NCBI GenBank assembly: GCA_951406725.2
Contig: OX597832.1
Location: forward strand, 6,510,001-6,574,000
From: Octopus vulgaris
Taxonomy: Eukaryota
Direction of reading: 5' to 3'
DNA length: 64,000 bases
In this document: positions 12,379 through 25,050 of the stretch, one piece after another
Layout of the letters: each line of letters starts with the position of its first letter
Position numbering within the stretch: position 1 is the first letter of the stretch
Program-made: the position numbers and the translations under genes
Notes under the pieces: generated by a model
Database searches by the model: none
What the model saw: the letters and a program-made list of their open reading frames with translations, nothing else
What the model was told of the DNA's origin: nothing

Positions 12379-12699
12379 TATATATGTGTATGAAGTTAGT
12401 GATTCACTCCCAGGTTACTAGTTTCTATGAAAGGTATTCATTCTGGCGAAATAAAACACATTGTGTGAAACTGTAAGTTGTGTGGGAATGAATCATCAAC
12501 TTTCATCAAACAAATAAGTTCTACATGTATTGAGTACTCATTGTCACATTTACAATTCTACCCCCCCCCCCCACACACACACGTGCACATTTCTTCATTA
12601 AACATTTTAAAGGGCATCTTTTATTGCTGAAGTAGTGGTTAACTTTGCAGGCCCCTTGACAGTCTGAGTTGTATTCGTTATTGTTTCATTTTTGAGACA

Positions 12700-13760
12700 G
12701 TATTTTTCTGGCTGGATATCTTTTCTGAATACCAAAATCACAAATGACACTTTGTTATTGATTTCTCAGCCATTATTAACATTCATACAAATCTTGATGC
12801 TTTTCTAGTGCCAATCATTTTTGACTAAATGTATACTGTGTTGCAGCCTCTATATTTTATCAAAATTGATATGAAACCTGCCTGTAATGAACTACAACTG
12901 GTGATTAAAGACCAAACTTCAACTACTTTTCAAGCCTTGGGACTTTTGTATTAATATATATATAAGATTTCCATTTGGCTTCATGTACACTGGCAGGTTT
13001 TCAACGTGCAATGAACTTAGTTATGTTGCAGAAACATCTGCCTATTTGTATTTAGATGGCATTATTGTATGCACCAACTCCATGTAAGATCATGACAGAA
13101 ACCCCCAGGCATTTCTATTACTTGTGAAAGATGTCACAAGTTCTTGCTGGTAAAACACACACACAAAAAAAAAGAAAAGAAAAATATAACTCAATTATCA
13201 ATTTTCTTTGGGTATTGTATCTACAACTACAAAATAACACCTGATTCTGAAAGATTGCTTCTTCTTAAATGCCTTGAAGATCCTACTTCTGGGTTGCTTG
13301 TTTATTAAGCAAATGGGTGGCATATTTTTCCGATAAAATATTTTAATGAAATGCTTCAATTTACCTATTCTTCAAGAAAATATTACTGTATTAAAAAATA
13401 TTCAGCTCAACATAGGAAATGCTAGCTTTCATGCTATTGACAATTCCATTCCATTTACTGTTAGACTTACACATCAGACTCGATCATAGCTGCAACATTA
13501 TCACCAAGAAGGGGCCCTATTGCTTTTTTATCTTTTGCATCCTTTCCAAAGTGAATTCTGCATTATGAAGGAAGCTATCACATTTGTGGGAGCATTGTCT
13601 GCTTCACAATTCTTTGCATTCAGTTCTTCATGATATCAAACATTTTCTCTTGAATGTACTATACCTGTTTTACAGCTATAGGTTTTAACTGACAAACATG
13701 TACACATAAAACTGTTAGCATGTAACCCATGATTATATGAGATGTATTGTTCCATGAAAA
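12700..13760 (+). pseudogene. Decayed Ty3/Gypsy pol (RT and RNase H)
   Basis: Ordered remnants with frameshifts and stops: VIDFSAIINIHTNLDAF, KIDMKPA, RFPFG..GFQRAMN, YLDGIIVC, (F)LGYCI...ITPDSERL, and an IPFTV..D..IAATLS...PIAF RNase H-like block. Confidence 0.75.
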
Positions 13761-13959
13761 ATGCTCTGTGTAGAAAAGAGTATCATAACTATTCCTTAAA
13801 TTTTAACATATCTCAACTAAAGATCGAAATAGTTAAACTCATATTTTGTGTAAGAAACTTACGCTAAACCTGTAGTTTCCAACCTGGGATCTGCAGGCCC
13901 CTCAGGGACCTCAAAGGAAGTACTGAGGGTTTGTGAGCTGAATTCAAAATTTGTTGATT

Positions 13960-14375
13960 CAGCACAGTTGTGACTCTGTGAAAATTTTGCTTGATAACCA
14001 TATGGTTTCAGGTTCAGTTCCACTGTATGGCACCTTGGGCAAGTGTCTTCTACTATAGTCCCAGACTGACCAGAGCCTTGTGAGTGGGTTTGACAAATAG
14101 GAACTGATAGAAATCCATCATGTGTGTGTGTGTGTTTTGTGTCTCCCTTGTCTTGACATGACATGACAGTTGTAAATGAGTGTCACTGTCACATAAGCAA
14201 TGTCATTCATTTCCAATATTCTGCAAAAACCTGTCTAACTATGGGGAAATATTACTTTGCTTAGAAACAAGTGGAAGGTGGTGACAGGAAGGTCATCTAG
14301 CTGTAGAAAATCTGCTTTAATAAACTTTATATTACCCATGTTAGCATTGTAAAGAATACATTAAAATGACTGATG
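13960..14375 (+). mobile_element. SINE family B
   Basis: Same head as family A, a (TG)n tract, a different body (TTGTCTTGACAT...ATGGGGAAATATTACTTTGCTT), then the RTE-like GACAGGAAGGTCATCTAGCTGTAGAAAATCTGC...ACCCATG tail. Confidence 0.75.
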
Positions 14376-16224
14376 GCAGACTTTTTGATTGCCTATGCTA
14401 GGTCTGTGTGCAAATTGATGTAAATAAAGAAGTCCTCGATAATGAAATGGTTGGGGATCATTGTTTTAAACCAGTGATAAAAATGAAGCAGTTAAGATTG
14501 CTAATTTGTCTGTTATATGCAATAGAAGCAGTATTAGATTAAAGTAACCATCTTTGTATGATACTTAATGTAAATACATTGTTGAAAGGCAATTTACTGT
14601 GGTATTCATCCTAAGATAACATCTTTTATGAATGTGCTGTGTTTAAAAACACGGTATATATCAGAAGAGGATGGAAATCATGCTAGCAGTGGCTAGCAAG
14701 AATGTCAGATGCTGAAATACATCATTGGCCCTTGTTAATGACGTGTACTCACAGCCAACCATATGCTTAGACAAAATCTTGTTACCTTCAGTGATATTGA
14801 AAATACCTACCTGGCTGAATAAAAATTCATTATATTCTGTCTGACCCCAGTCAAACCATCCAACCCATGCCAGCATGGAAAACAAACATTAAACTATGAT
14901 GATGATGATGATGCAATAGAAGCAGCATTAAATTATGTATGAGTACATGCCTATGATATGGCCAAGCTAGGTCAAAATGCATTTGGCATTCTTGTAAGTC
15001 AGTACTGGATGATTTTCATGATGTATTTACATTAAGTATGATACCTAGATGATGATTTTGTTAATTTTGTTAATATGATTTCATATACATTAATAACTGA
15101 AGTCTATTTTGATTCCAGTAAAGTATTTGAATGTGATAAAAATTCTGATTGGTCAAGTTGGTTGGCCAACTGGCCAAAGAGTCAATGGTTTACATCCTAT
15201 CACCAGGACTTGGCTATATCATTGAGCAAAATACTTAAAATGATAGCTATGGAGTAATAGGTTATGCAAGGAATACCCACTGTAAAAATCAAGATTAGTG
15301 AGATAGTAGTGCTCACTACAAATACTTGTGACAAACCAAATGCTGTTCTAGTGCAGAGATGCTCTTAAGCTTCTTAATGCTTTGAAACTGGAATAATTTC
15401 CAATATACTGACAACTTTTGGTAATAGAAGGGAGAATTAAATAAACATGCCGAACCTGGTAAAGATGTTAAAACCTGAACTAAAAAATTATATTCTTATT
15501 GGCATTAATGGTTACTTTTAACGTTAATTTACAAATAAAAAAAATTTTTTAATGTTAATTAACCAATTGCAAATATTGAGGTTGCACATACTAGTTTAAC
15601 TCTTTACAATAATAATTAGTTAATATTTGGCTAAGGAGTCACTATATGGAATAGTTGTTGAAGTTGCTACCTACTGTTAAGTGCCTTGGCAGTAATGAGT
15701 TTTATTTTTCCATGTGTAGAGTTCATTAAAGTTAAATGACACAAAAAGTCAATACCTTCACTTAACAACAATATTGAAATTGTAGATGACTTCTTATAGT
15801 GATTGTCTTTTTCTCATTAAGGATCTACTTCTTATATTTTTTCTTTCACATCTTGTATAGATGAAGAGTTTGAAGTACAGTTTCATGTTAATGTGTGAGA
15901 AAATATTTCAATGGTATTTTCTTTGCATTTAGCTTCTTAAAATCTTTTGAAGTAGATTACTCATGGGCTTTTTGTTTTTGCTCCTCCCATCTCTTCCCAA
16001 CTTGATGAACTTTCATGAGCCATGTATTTTTCTCTCATAGCACTTATTACTCATTACTGTATTGAATCATGCTTTCTGTTGTGTACATATATTATAAAAT
16101 AAATTTTGGCAAAAAGGAAATTTGATACTTTAGCAACTTCATTCAAGTTAGACTCCATCATCTTCACTTGTTGGTATTTCCAGATCTCAATAGTTGCCAT
16201 GATTGACCACTAAATCGACAAATT

Positions 16225-16388
16225 TTTTATTCTCTCTCTGTTTATTTTCTCATGTTCCCTTCTGTTGAAGAGTGTAGGCTCGAAACGTAAAAGACTTTCT
16301 CACCTTCCCAAGTGTCAAACTAATACACCTGCTTGTTGTTTATACACTTGTCTTTGTTTTTTGTTTTCCTGTAAATTTCAAGATTACA
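16225..16388 (+). mobile_element. Penelope-like terminus with a degenerate minimal hammerhead motif (about 16257-16295)
   Basis: CTGTTGA-A-GAG-tgtagg-CTC-GAAA-CG-TA. Related to 35390-35570 and to a tail fragment at 2360-2405 (-). Confidence 0.55.
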
Positions 16389-16786
16389 TTTAGTTGCATT
16401 TGAAACTGGTTCCATACAGTCTTGAATATATTGGAGGATACACAAACGTCACAGACAAAATAAGCATGCCACCAGAGATGTACATTATTAAAGACCACAA
16501 TACACATCTGATGACAGGGAACTCTTCATGGATAAATTCTGGCAGTAAAGTCTGCATAAACAAAATCCACTTATGACAAAAAGGGACTGAACAGAAACCC
16601 ACACCACTCCATATCCTGAAGACAAGGCTGAAATAGTCTGCAAACACTGATAAGAACTGAATTTAGAAATTTTATTATTCCAAACAAAAACTACAAGTGT
16701 TTGAGATGCGGATATGAGAAAAGCACTCATATACATATGTTTGCAATATATGTCAAGGCAAAAAGCTTATGTGTGTGTGTGTATAT

Positions 16787-17180
16787 CATCATCATCATCA
16801 TCATCATTTAATATCTACTGTTCTCTGCCCACATAGATCAGAGATGGAATTTATTGAGGCAGATTTTCTGTAGCCCAATGTCCTTCCTTGTTGCCGACTC
16901 TCGCCTGTTTCCAAAGTAAAATTTCCCATGTCCAGGGGTGTTTTCATGGAGGATTGGAAATGAAAGACACCGCTTGCATGATGGTTATGCTTGTTTACAG
17001 CTATCACACATGGCAGTGCAAGGAAACAGTAACACACACACACAAATAAGACAGGCTTCTTTCAGTTTTTGTATACCAGGTCTACTCACAGGGCTTTGGT
17101 TAGCCCAATGCTGTAGTAGAAGACCTCTTGCAGCACCATGCAATGGAGAAGCAAACTTCTTAACACACAGCAGTGCCTGT
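16787..17180 (-). mobile_element. SINE family B
   Basis: (CAT)n tail, body and shared head in reverse orientation. Confidence 0.7.
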
Positions 17181-17185
17181 GTGTG

Positions 17186-17237
<52 letters not shown>

Positions 17238-17265
17238 TGTATATGTGTGTATTTATGTATATATC

Positions 17266-17640
17266 ATTTTACTTGTTTCAGTCATTTTGACTGCAGCCAT
17301 GTTGGAGCACCACCTTTAGTAGAACAAATTGACCCCAGGACTTACTCTTTGTAAGCCTACTACTTATTCTATTGTTCTCTTGTGCTGAATTGGCAAGTTG
17401 TGGGAATGTAAACACACCAACATTGGTTGTCAAACGATGGTGGGGAGACAAACACAGACACACAAATACACATACACAATGGGCTTCTTTCAGTCTCCAT
17501 CTACCAGATTCACTCACAAGTCTTTGATCGGCCTGAGGCTATAGTAGAAGACACTTGCCCAAGATACCACACAGTGGGACTGAACCCGGAACCATGTGGT
17601 TAGGAAGCAAGCTACTTACCACACAGCCACTCCTACACTC
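17266..17640 (-). mobile_element. SINE family A, full length
   Basis: Colinear with 876-1268. Confidence 0.85.
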
Positions 17641-18429
17641 ATTGCATATATATTTTTTGTGTATGTGAAAGTGTGTGCATGTGTGTATACTATCATATGT
17701 ATATACATGTGTATGTTTAGATATACATGTTTATGAAAATATATATGTATACATGTATCAATGTGTATAGAAGGTGAAGCATCAAATAGTATAGCTACTT
17801 CAAAAAAAAAAAAGATGTCTATTATTACAATATAAGGTCCATGTTTGATAACGTTGTAGTAGGACTTTTTTGTCATTTCTTTTTCTCTTTCCACTAATTT
17901 TCAACAGTCAGACTCAGTGTTTCATAGACAAACCATCAATTAATTTACAGAATTAGATTCGCCTAAAATATTATGCTTGTTTGAGCTCTGGAAAATGTTT
18001 CAAGATCAATATAATGATCATTTATAGTACCCTGATCTTAATGCACATTGAGTATGCTTCACTACTTAAGAACAAACAAAACTAAAAGTTCATTTAATTT
18101 TTCTTGGTATCTTTTATTTTCACATGTTTATGAATTTATTTTGAAATATATAAGAACATAGTGCAAGACATGTTCCAAAATTTGGATTTCTCTTTGTGGG
18201 GCCAAAGAGTACTGTGTGTATGATGTTTTAATGCAGTATTTTAGAGAAATAGTTTCTGCTTCTATTTCTTGAAATTAGTGGCAAATTACATTTGACCCCT
18301 TAATTTTTTATAATTTTTGTATAATCAAAACTCCTTGTCTCTGTCTCATTCTGCCCTTCCCTTCAGTGTGATATATTTTTTTGTTTAGTGAAATCATTTG
18401 AGTTGGTAGCTATCAGTCTATGCCATTTT

Positions 18430-19060
18430 GTCATGTGCTGATGGAGCTCTCTCCTACACATATTCTATTGGTTTTGTTACACTCTTCCTATACAGTGACA
18501 ATATTTCTTCCTACAATACCTAACTCTCATGCAAATGATACTACCCATCATTTTCCTTAACTTTCTGCACCCAAGCACCATCCACGTGTGACCCAGACAT
18601 CTTGAACCAGATCTGGCTGACTCTATGAATAGAGATCTCAAAAACATTCTTTAACTGAGCCATACTAATATTGTCTCCTTCAATAGCACATGAAGACAAT
18701 CACTGGGCATATCAAGAAAGCATTATTCAATATAAAAACTGCATGCAACTAGAACCCCCAGACTTACTACAAATGAGAGGTATTGTCATCACGGAAGATT
18801 TCTCCTGATAAATGTAGATACTCATCATGGCAAACACTGTATCATAAAGCCTGGCTTTCCTCTTCAAAACCAGAAAATACTTCAGCTACCAACAACGACT
18901 ATTCTACAAAGCTTAGGTAAGATCCATAATGGAGTACTACTCTTACGTCTAGCATAGTGTTGCTGTTATCCAAAAGCAAAAATTTGTACACTGAATAGTG
19001 TAGAAGGATTAAAAAATAGCGAGAAGTCAAAAGTGAAACATAGTAATTGGTGTCTTCTTC
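18430..19060 (+). pseudogene. Decayed CR1-group LINE RT/thumb fragment
   Basis: 18850-18950 translates LAFLFKTRKYFSYQQRLFYKA*VRSIMEYYSYV*, matching the LYKAQVRP.MEYCSHVW motif. Confidence 0.65.
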
Positions 19061-20167
19061 AGACTTGCATTCTAAGCTACATTTGATACGAATATATCTT
19101 GGTATGAACAATGTGTGATGTGCATTTCAGTTGATAATTGCTTTCTTACTTTACACTTCATATTCTACACCATAATTCTAGCTTTCTATTTCATAAGACT
19201 GAACCTTAATTTGGACACTCTAAACAATAATTTAGAGTTCCTAAACCATAACTAGACATTTCAAAAGTATAATATGGGTTTAAGTGTAGCATTTACTTAT
19301 GGAATTTGAATCATTAAGTAAATTAAATAAAAGGTTACATTAGACAGAGAATATCAATTTATTACGAAAATCATTATTTGAAAATTTACTCATTTCTCTC
19401 TGCTAGGCTAACTGAAGCATATTCTAAACCACTTTTTCATAGATTATTCACAAAACAAGTTTTCTTTAATAATATTTGGGAGAAAATTTTACTTAACTTT
19501 TATTTTCAATTTTCATTTAAAAAGCAAATCTTTTGCAGAAGTTTAATGTATTATAGACATTTATTTCTTAACTCCATTGTTGTATATTTCTGTTAAAATA
19601 TAATTACTTTGTTTCAATTAATTTTGAAAGTAATGAAGAATTGAACCAAACATTAATTAACATGAAATCTTAATAGAAAGTTTTAATTTAGAAATTTTAA
19701 ACTGGAAGGTTGTATCATTGGACAACATTCATTGAACAACCTTCACTTGAGCTCATTGAGTTGTTAGAGGATCACCAAAATTTAATGTCACATTAATTCA
19801 GTACCAAAAACAAGGAAACAAACTTTAAATCTTGTAAAGTTGTAAAATGGTACCTCATAACTTAAACAATTGTAATTTTTCTAGAATTATTTAAATGATT
19901 TTGGCTTTTAAAGCAGTGAATATAAGGCATGCTGGTAGCATTTTAATTTAAACTTAGTTTATCATACAAAACAACTGAGTATTTTGTGCTCATCATTATC
20001 ATTGTGCTTCAATGTATCTCCATTTGACTTGGTCATACTTCATTTGATCTGTGAAAGCTAATGTTCTCAAGTCTAAAATATTTCTTGCTTAATTTTTTTC
20101 AGTCTACTATCACTGTAATAACATTCATTTTGCACTAAGCATGCACCATACACATGACTTACATATT

Positions 20168-20382
20168 AGTTTCAAAGTTTGGTACAAGGCCAGCAATTTT
20201 TGGGGAGAGACTAAGTCAATTAGATTGACTCCAGTGTTCAACTGGTACTTATTTTATCAACCCTGAAAGGATGAAAGGCAAAGTCGACCTTGATGGAATT
20301 TGAACTCGGAATGTAAAGACAGATGAAATGCTGCTAAGCATTTTTCCTGGCTTGTTAACAGTTCTGCCAGCTTGCCACCTTA
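20168..20382 (-). mobile_element. Meta-domain-like tRNA SINE
   Basis: Minus strand GAGTTCAAATTCC (B-box), then GACTTTGCCTTTCATCCTTTCAGGGTTGATAAAATAAGTACCAG, resembling the MetaSINE/Sauria central domain. Confidence 0.7.
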
Positions 20383-21389
20383 CACATGACTTCCATATTA
20401 CCAACATGGCCATCTCTTTTGTAGACATTGGCTTGTGCACTTTTCATATAAGTTTTAAAATAATTTTGCCATGTGTTTATTTAGTCTAATGAGGGGGTGA
20501 GTGAGGTCAGTGTTATTGATGTTTGACTTAAACTGCTATACTTGATGCCAATAAAGAAAACATTGCTCAACCTAGAAATAGAAACTAAATATTCTTCACT
20601 TTAGCATTTTAAAGGAAGAACACAATGGATAATGTTGCTCTATATATACTGTCTGTAAAAAAAGTCATGATGGTCAAAGCTAGAACGTCTTTGACCACAG
20701 ATCTGTTGTCAGAGCTAACAAATGACTAAATAACCTGTGCAGGGAGAAATTTACAGAGGATGTGACATAGGTATTGAAATGGTGAGGAATAGTTAATAAC
20801 TTGCTAATTCACAGTAATAGAAGGAAGCTATTGTAGAGATTTCTAGTGATTGTTTAGATCCTGGCTGGTTCTGATCAAGTGGATCTGTGATCAAAGACAT
20901 TCCAGCTGCAACCATCCAACCTTTTCTGTATGTGTAGGAAAGCCAGGATTACATTATCCAGTGTGTCCTTTCTGAAGACAGTTGAATGTTATTTGAGAAA
21001 GAGTTCACTGCTATTTCTAGCTGGTCAGGAACCATGTAGAAAACTTTGGCTCATTAGTATGCTACTAGTTTTAGAATGTTGGTAGGTGGAGGATGTTTTG
21101 GATGGGAACTTGTGCACTTGTATGCATAGCAGCAGCTCTTCAAGATATGTAACACTTTGCTTTACTGTACTACAGAGTACATCTTTGTATAGACATAAAT
21201 AAATGCCTTGTCTATAATTACTGGTGCATTAGTAGTGTTTTGTTTCTTTGCTGTAGTTAATAGCTGTGGACCGTTAAAAAGGGCAACTACTCAGAAATAG
21301 CTATATATGCAAATCAGTCTACTTCTAGTAATAGTGGATTCTATAACAGTCTGTCCCGAGTAATAGTTGTGATTCTGTGGTTAGTTAAT

Positions 21390-22230
21390 GGGGATATTCA
21401 ACCACTTATGAAATCAAATATAGAATTGAAACTCATCCACCTGATCCTACTCTTTCTGTCCAAAAAATATATAAAAAGACAGGGTTTACATCAGTCACTA
21501 CATTAAGTGTTGGCTAAAAGTATAGCATTGGAACAAAACTGTTAATGCACTGGTATGACTTTACAAAAGCCATATTCGTGGTTAGTAAGAAGAGAAAAAC
21601 TTCCTACAATTATGAAGGAAGTAATTGTTTTCATCGCCTTTGAAAATATTGGAAGTGAAGGCAATAAACTTATAATTGGTATAGTTTGGGCTAGATACAT
21701 ATACGGAGAGGTTGGGTGAATAGTTTGATCTAGGTAGGGACCAGTTTGGGAACACATCTCTTGAGGGTGAAAGCAGGAACACAAACAGCACAATTCATCT
21801 TGTTGGGTTGGAGTGATCCAAAAGTTTTTGCATTTGTCAACTGTTTATATATGATGGCGAGTGAGACTACTTAGAGTAGAGAAGGAGAATTTGAGAGGGG
21901 TTTTGAGATGAGTGTTGTGAGGGAAATTAGAAACCAAAAGCATTACATTTATCTCCAAGAGTACTGTTGCAAGTAGGAAGATTCTGTTGGTTTGTCAAGA
22001 TGTTTTTGAGAGGAGACTGAAAGCTTCAGTTGTATTTTGGAAGAGGACAAGTTATATAGGTCTCCAGCTTTTGTAATAGAACGTGAATACCTCTCAAATA
22101 GTGATGATGGGTGATTCATTAATGCTCTTTGTTTGTACAGCTGCAGCATAGATGTGTATGAACCACTTTGGAGTTGTTGATTTTGTTGTGGAGGGACATC
22201 TCTATATATTAATTTTGGTCCCCCTTCTTA
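21390..22230 (-). pseudogene. Decayed CR1/L2-group LINE ORF2 fragment
   Basis: Minus strand SSPNYTNYKFIAFTSNIF(S)KAMKTI...LLTNHEYGFCK, resembling NYRPISLTSIFSKVME...HQYGFR. Confidence 0.6.
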
Positions 22231-24399
22231 ACTGTCTCAGATGTGTCAGGTGTGATAGTTCAAGAGAGTAAGTTTGTCTAGTTGAGAAACTTAGAAATTG
22301 CATTTGCAATTTCATTTGAACTTTTTTTATGTGTGCTTGGATTTTCCAAGTGAAATTATTTGCAGTTGATAATAAACCAGTAGTTTAAGTTATGAGACCT
22401 GCAACATAGGAACTTCAGCTGATAAGCAGTGATTCTAAAATATTTCGTATTTACATTTAAACATTGCTTAGTTACAAGTTTAAATGGGCCAGACTGCAAT
22501 ATATGGCAATGAATGAGAAGTAAGTGTTAGAAAAGTAAGGAAAATCAAACACAATATAACCAGGATTAATAGTATATTTTTTAATTAAATAAAAATTTTA
22601 AGTGAAATATTTCATGTATATAAGAAATCTTTGAATATTTATTAGAATGACAGTTATTACTATAGCTATTACATCACCAAAACAAGGAAACAAAATAAAC
22701 CTGCAATTTCAGAGGGCCTTTCCCTTTTCAGTTATGCATTTTCTCTTAATTTTTCTGGAAGTTAAGAATAACTGTCACTTGCTAAAAAAAAAAAACTTTA
22801 TAACTTTCCAAAAGCTTAATGAGAAAGAAACTTGTCTGAACTGTTCTAGTATAATGTCAGCTACTCATATTTTTTTGTGCCTCATACTGCTCTCTAGCTC
22901 AATTTATAATTTTCCATTTTTCCAGATTCTAGCTCATGTAGTCTGGCAGTCTGCAGAATAAAAGCTTTGCATAAAAATGTTGTCATGTTCACACATACAT
23001 GCATGCAAAAACACACACACAGAGGAAAGGCAAAGATTAACAGCTTCTCTATTACATATTTAGTTGCTGATACAATCAATAGTATATTAATAGATTGATG
23101 AAAGGTTATTGTAGGGCCACTAGAATTCACCCCACTCTTATCTTTGAATAGATAATAGACCTAGATCTCTACATAAACTGGAAGTAGGAGACTAGTACTA
23201 ATGAAAAGAGCTCAGAATAAAAGTCTAAATTTTTCTGCTTTCTATCTCAGTACTGACTAGAATAAAACAATTTTGAAAACCAGGCATAATATAATTAAAC
23301 TATTGTTGTTTTGTATGTAGGTCTTTCTTTCTTTCAATTAAATATTTTATTTTATATGCAAAGGATATTCTAAAAGAGTAACAAATTTTCATTTATCAAT
23401 AAGATTTCAAAGCTTTGTTTCATGACAGATAGATTTTACAGATTTAAGATTATTTTACATTTACTTTGATTATTTCACCTGTATCAAATATAGGCCACCA
23501 AATATTGATGTTTTTATTAGTCGCAAAACCATTTTTTGCAAGGATGATATGTAGCTCATTGATTTGATTCCACTGATATTTGATAGACTCTGGATGGTGA
23601 GAAAATTCATACAACTCTGGCAGAATTTGAATTCAGTTTGATAGGAGATAATATAAAGCATTTGTCGTATGAGGTGACTAAAACGTTCGTAAGAGGAAGG
23701 GCATCCAGCCATAAAACACTATCTCAGAAAAGCTAACCAAATCATGCTAGCATGTTACTGCTGCTAATGATTTAGACTGATACTATTTCTATCAACTTTC
23801 TCTCTTTAACCAAATAATAGCTGTTTTTTTTAAAAGTATTTCATTATCTCCTATAGAAATCTCTCTTCAATTATCTTAAATGTATGTAATGTGTTTCATC
23901 TTCCCCCCTTCCCACTCACCTCCTTGCTACATTGAGTTTTCTTCCTCTTTAATGTCTTGCTGCTTTGTACATGCACCAGTTGAGAACTCAGATGGAAACA
24001 ACATTGTTGCCCTGACATCAGCAAAGCTGGTTTTGACTATGATTAGCCATGTGAACTCACCTATGAGTTCACATATTTAGTTACTCACCTGTGAGCTGTA
24101 TCTGAGTCTCATTTCTTGGATCATTAATGTTCTGTTAAATTGCTCCATTTCTGTGAATATTAACAGATTGTTTCCTATACTGTACTGTGTGTACAATATT
24201 AATAATAATCTTCCTGTCACATTTAGCAACATATACTCCTATGCAGATAACACAAGGCTTCATCCCTCCTTACCCTTCAGCACATAGGCTTATCTGCATA
24301 CATAGTAGAGTCAACACTCAAGACATGCACAATTTTTCTGAACAAAAACTTGGAAGCATCCTCATGAGAGGCATGACAGCCTAGACTCCTAAACAGCAG

Positions 24400-25050
24400 T
24401 ATGACAAAGTTGCTATAGATATGGAAACTGTGTTGGTGCATATCCTTTCTTCACACAGACAATTAAAACCTTCAAATGCATTACAAATGTGGGATCCTCT
24501 CAATATTTAATCTCTCATGGTATCCTTAGACTTTACCAAAACTGTATCCCAAAGACAAGGCTTCCTCTTTAGAGCCAGTGGATACTTAAACTCAGATCAG
24601 TTGTTGACCTTTTACAAAGCTCAAGTAAGATCCAAATTACTATTCACATATTTGGGACAGTTCTTTTGATACAGATTAAATACCTTAGATTGCATCCCCC
24701 ACCTCCACTAAAGGTCATGCAGTTAACTAAAAGATACACTTGCCAATATTCTACAATCACTAAGTCACAAGCATGCTATTTTTCCTGTCTCTTCTAACCT
24801 CACTACATACAATAGGCTCTACTTCTGAATTAGCTAACTTCATACTTCACCACACAGGCAAACCATCGTATCCATCTGTCCCTGATTTTTACTACTCGTG
24901 TCTCATCCTCAAGATCCTGTGCTGAAGACTTGCCCATTCTTTCTACTGTCAAAATTGAAAATCTCTTAAAATTCCTTCCTTCCTCACAATTTTTCTGCAG
25001 ATATCCACCTTTAGATGTTCATTAACCACAACAGTTTCACCAGTCTAGGA
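24400..25050 (+). pseudogene. Decayed CR1-group LINE 3' region
   Basis: GFLFRASGYLNSDQLLTFYKAQVRSK at about 24559-24636; same family as 18430-19060. Confidence 0.65.
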
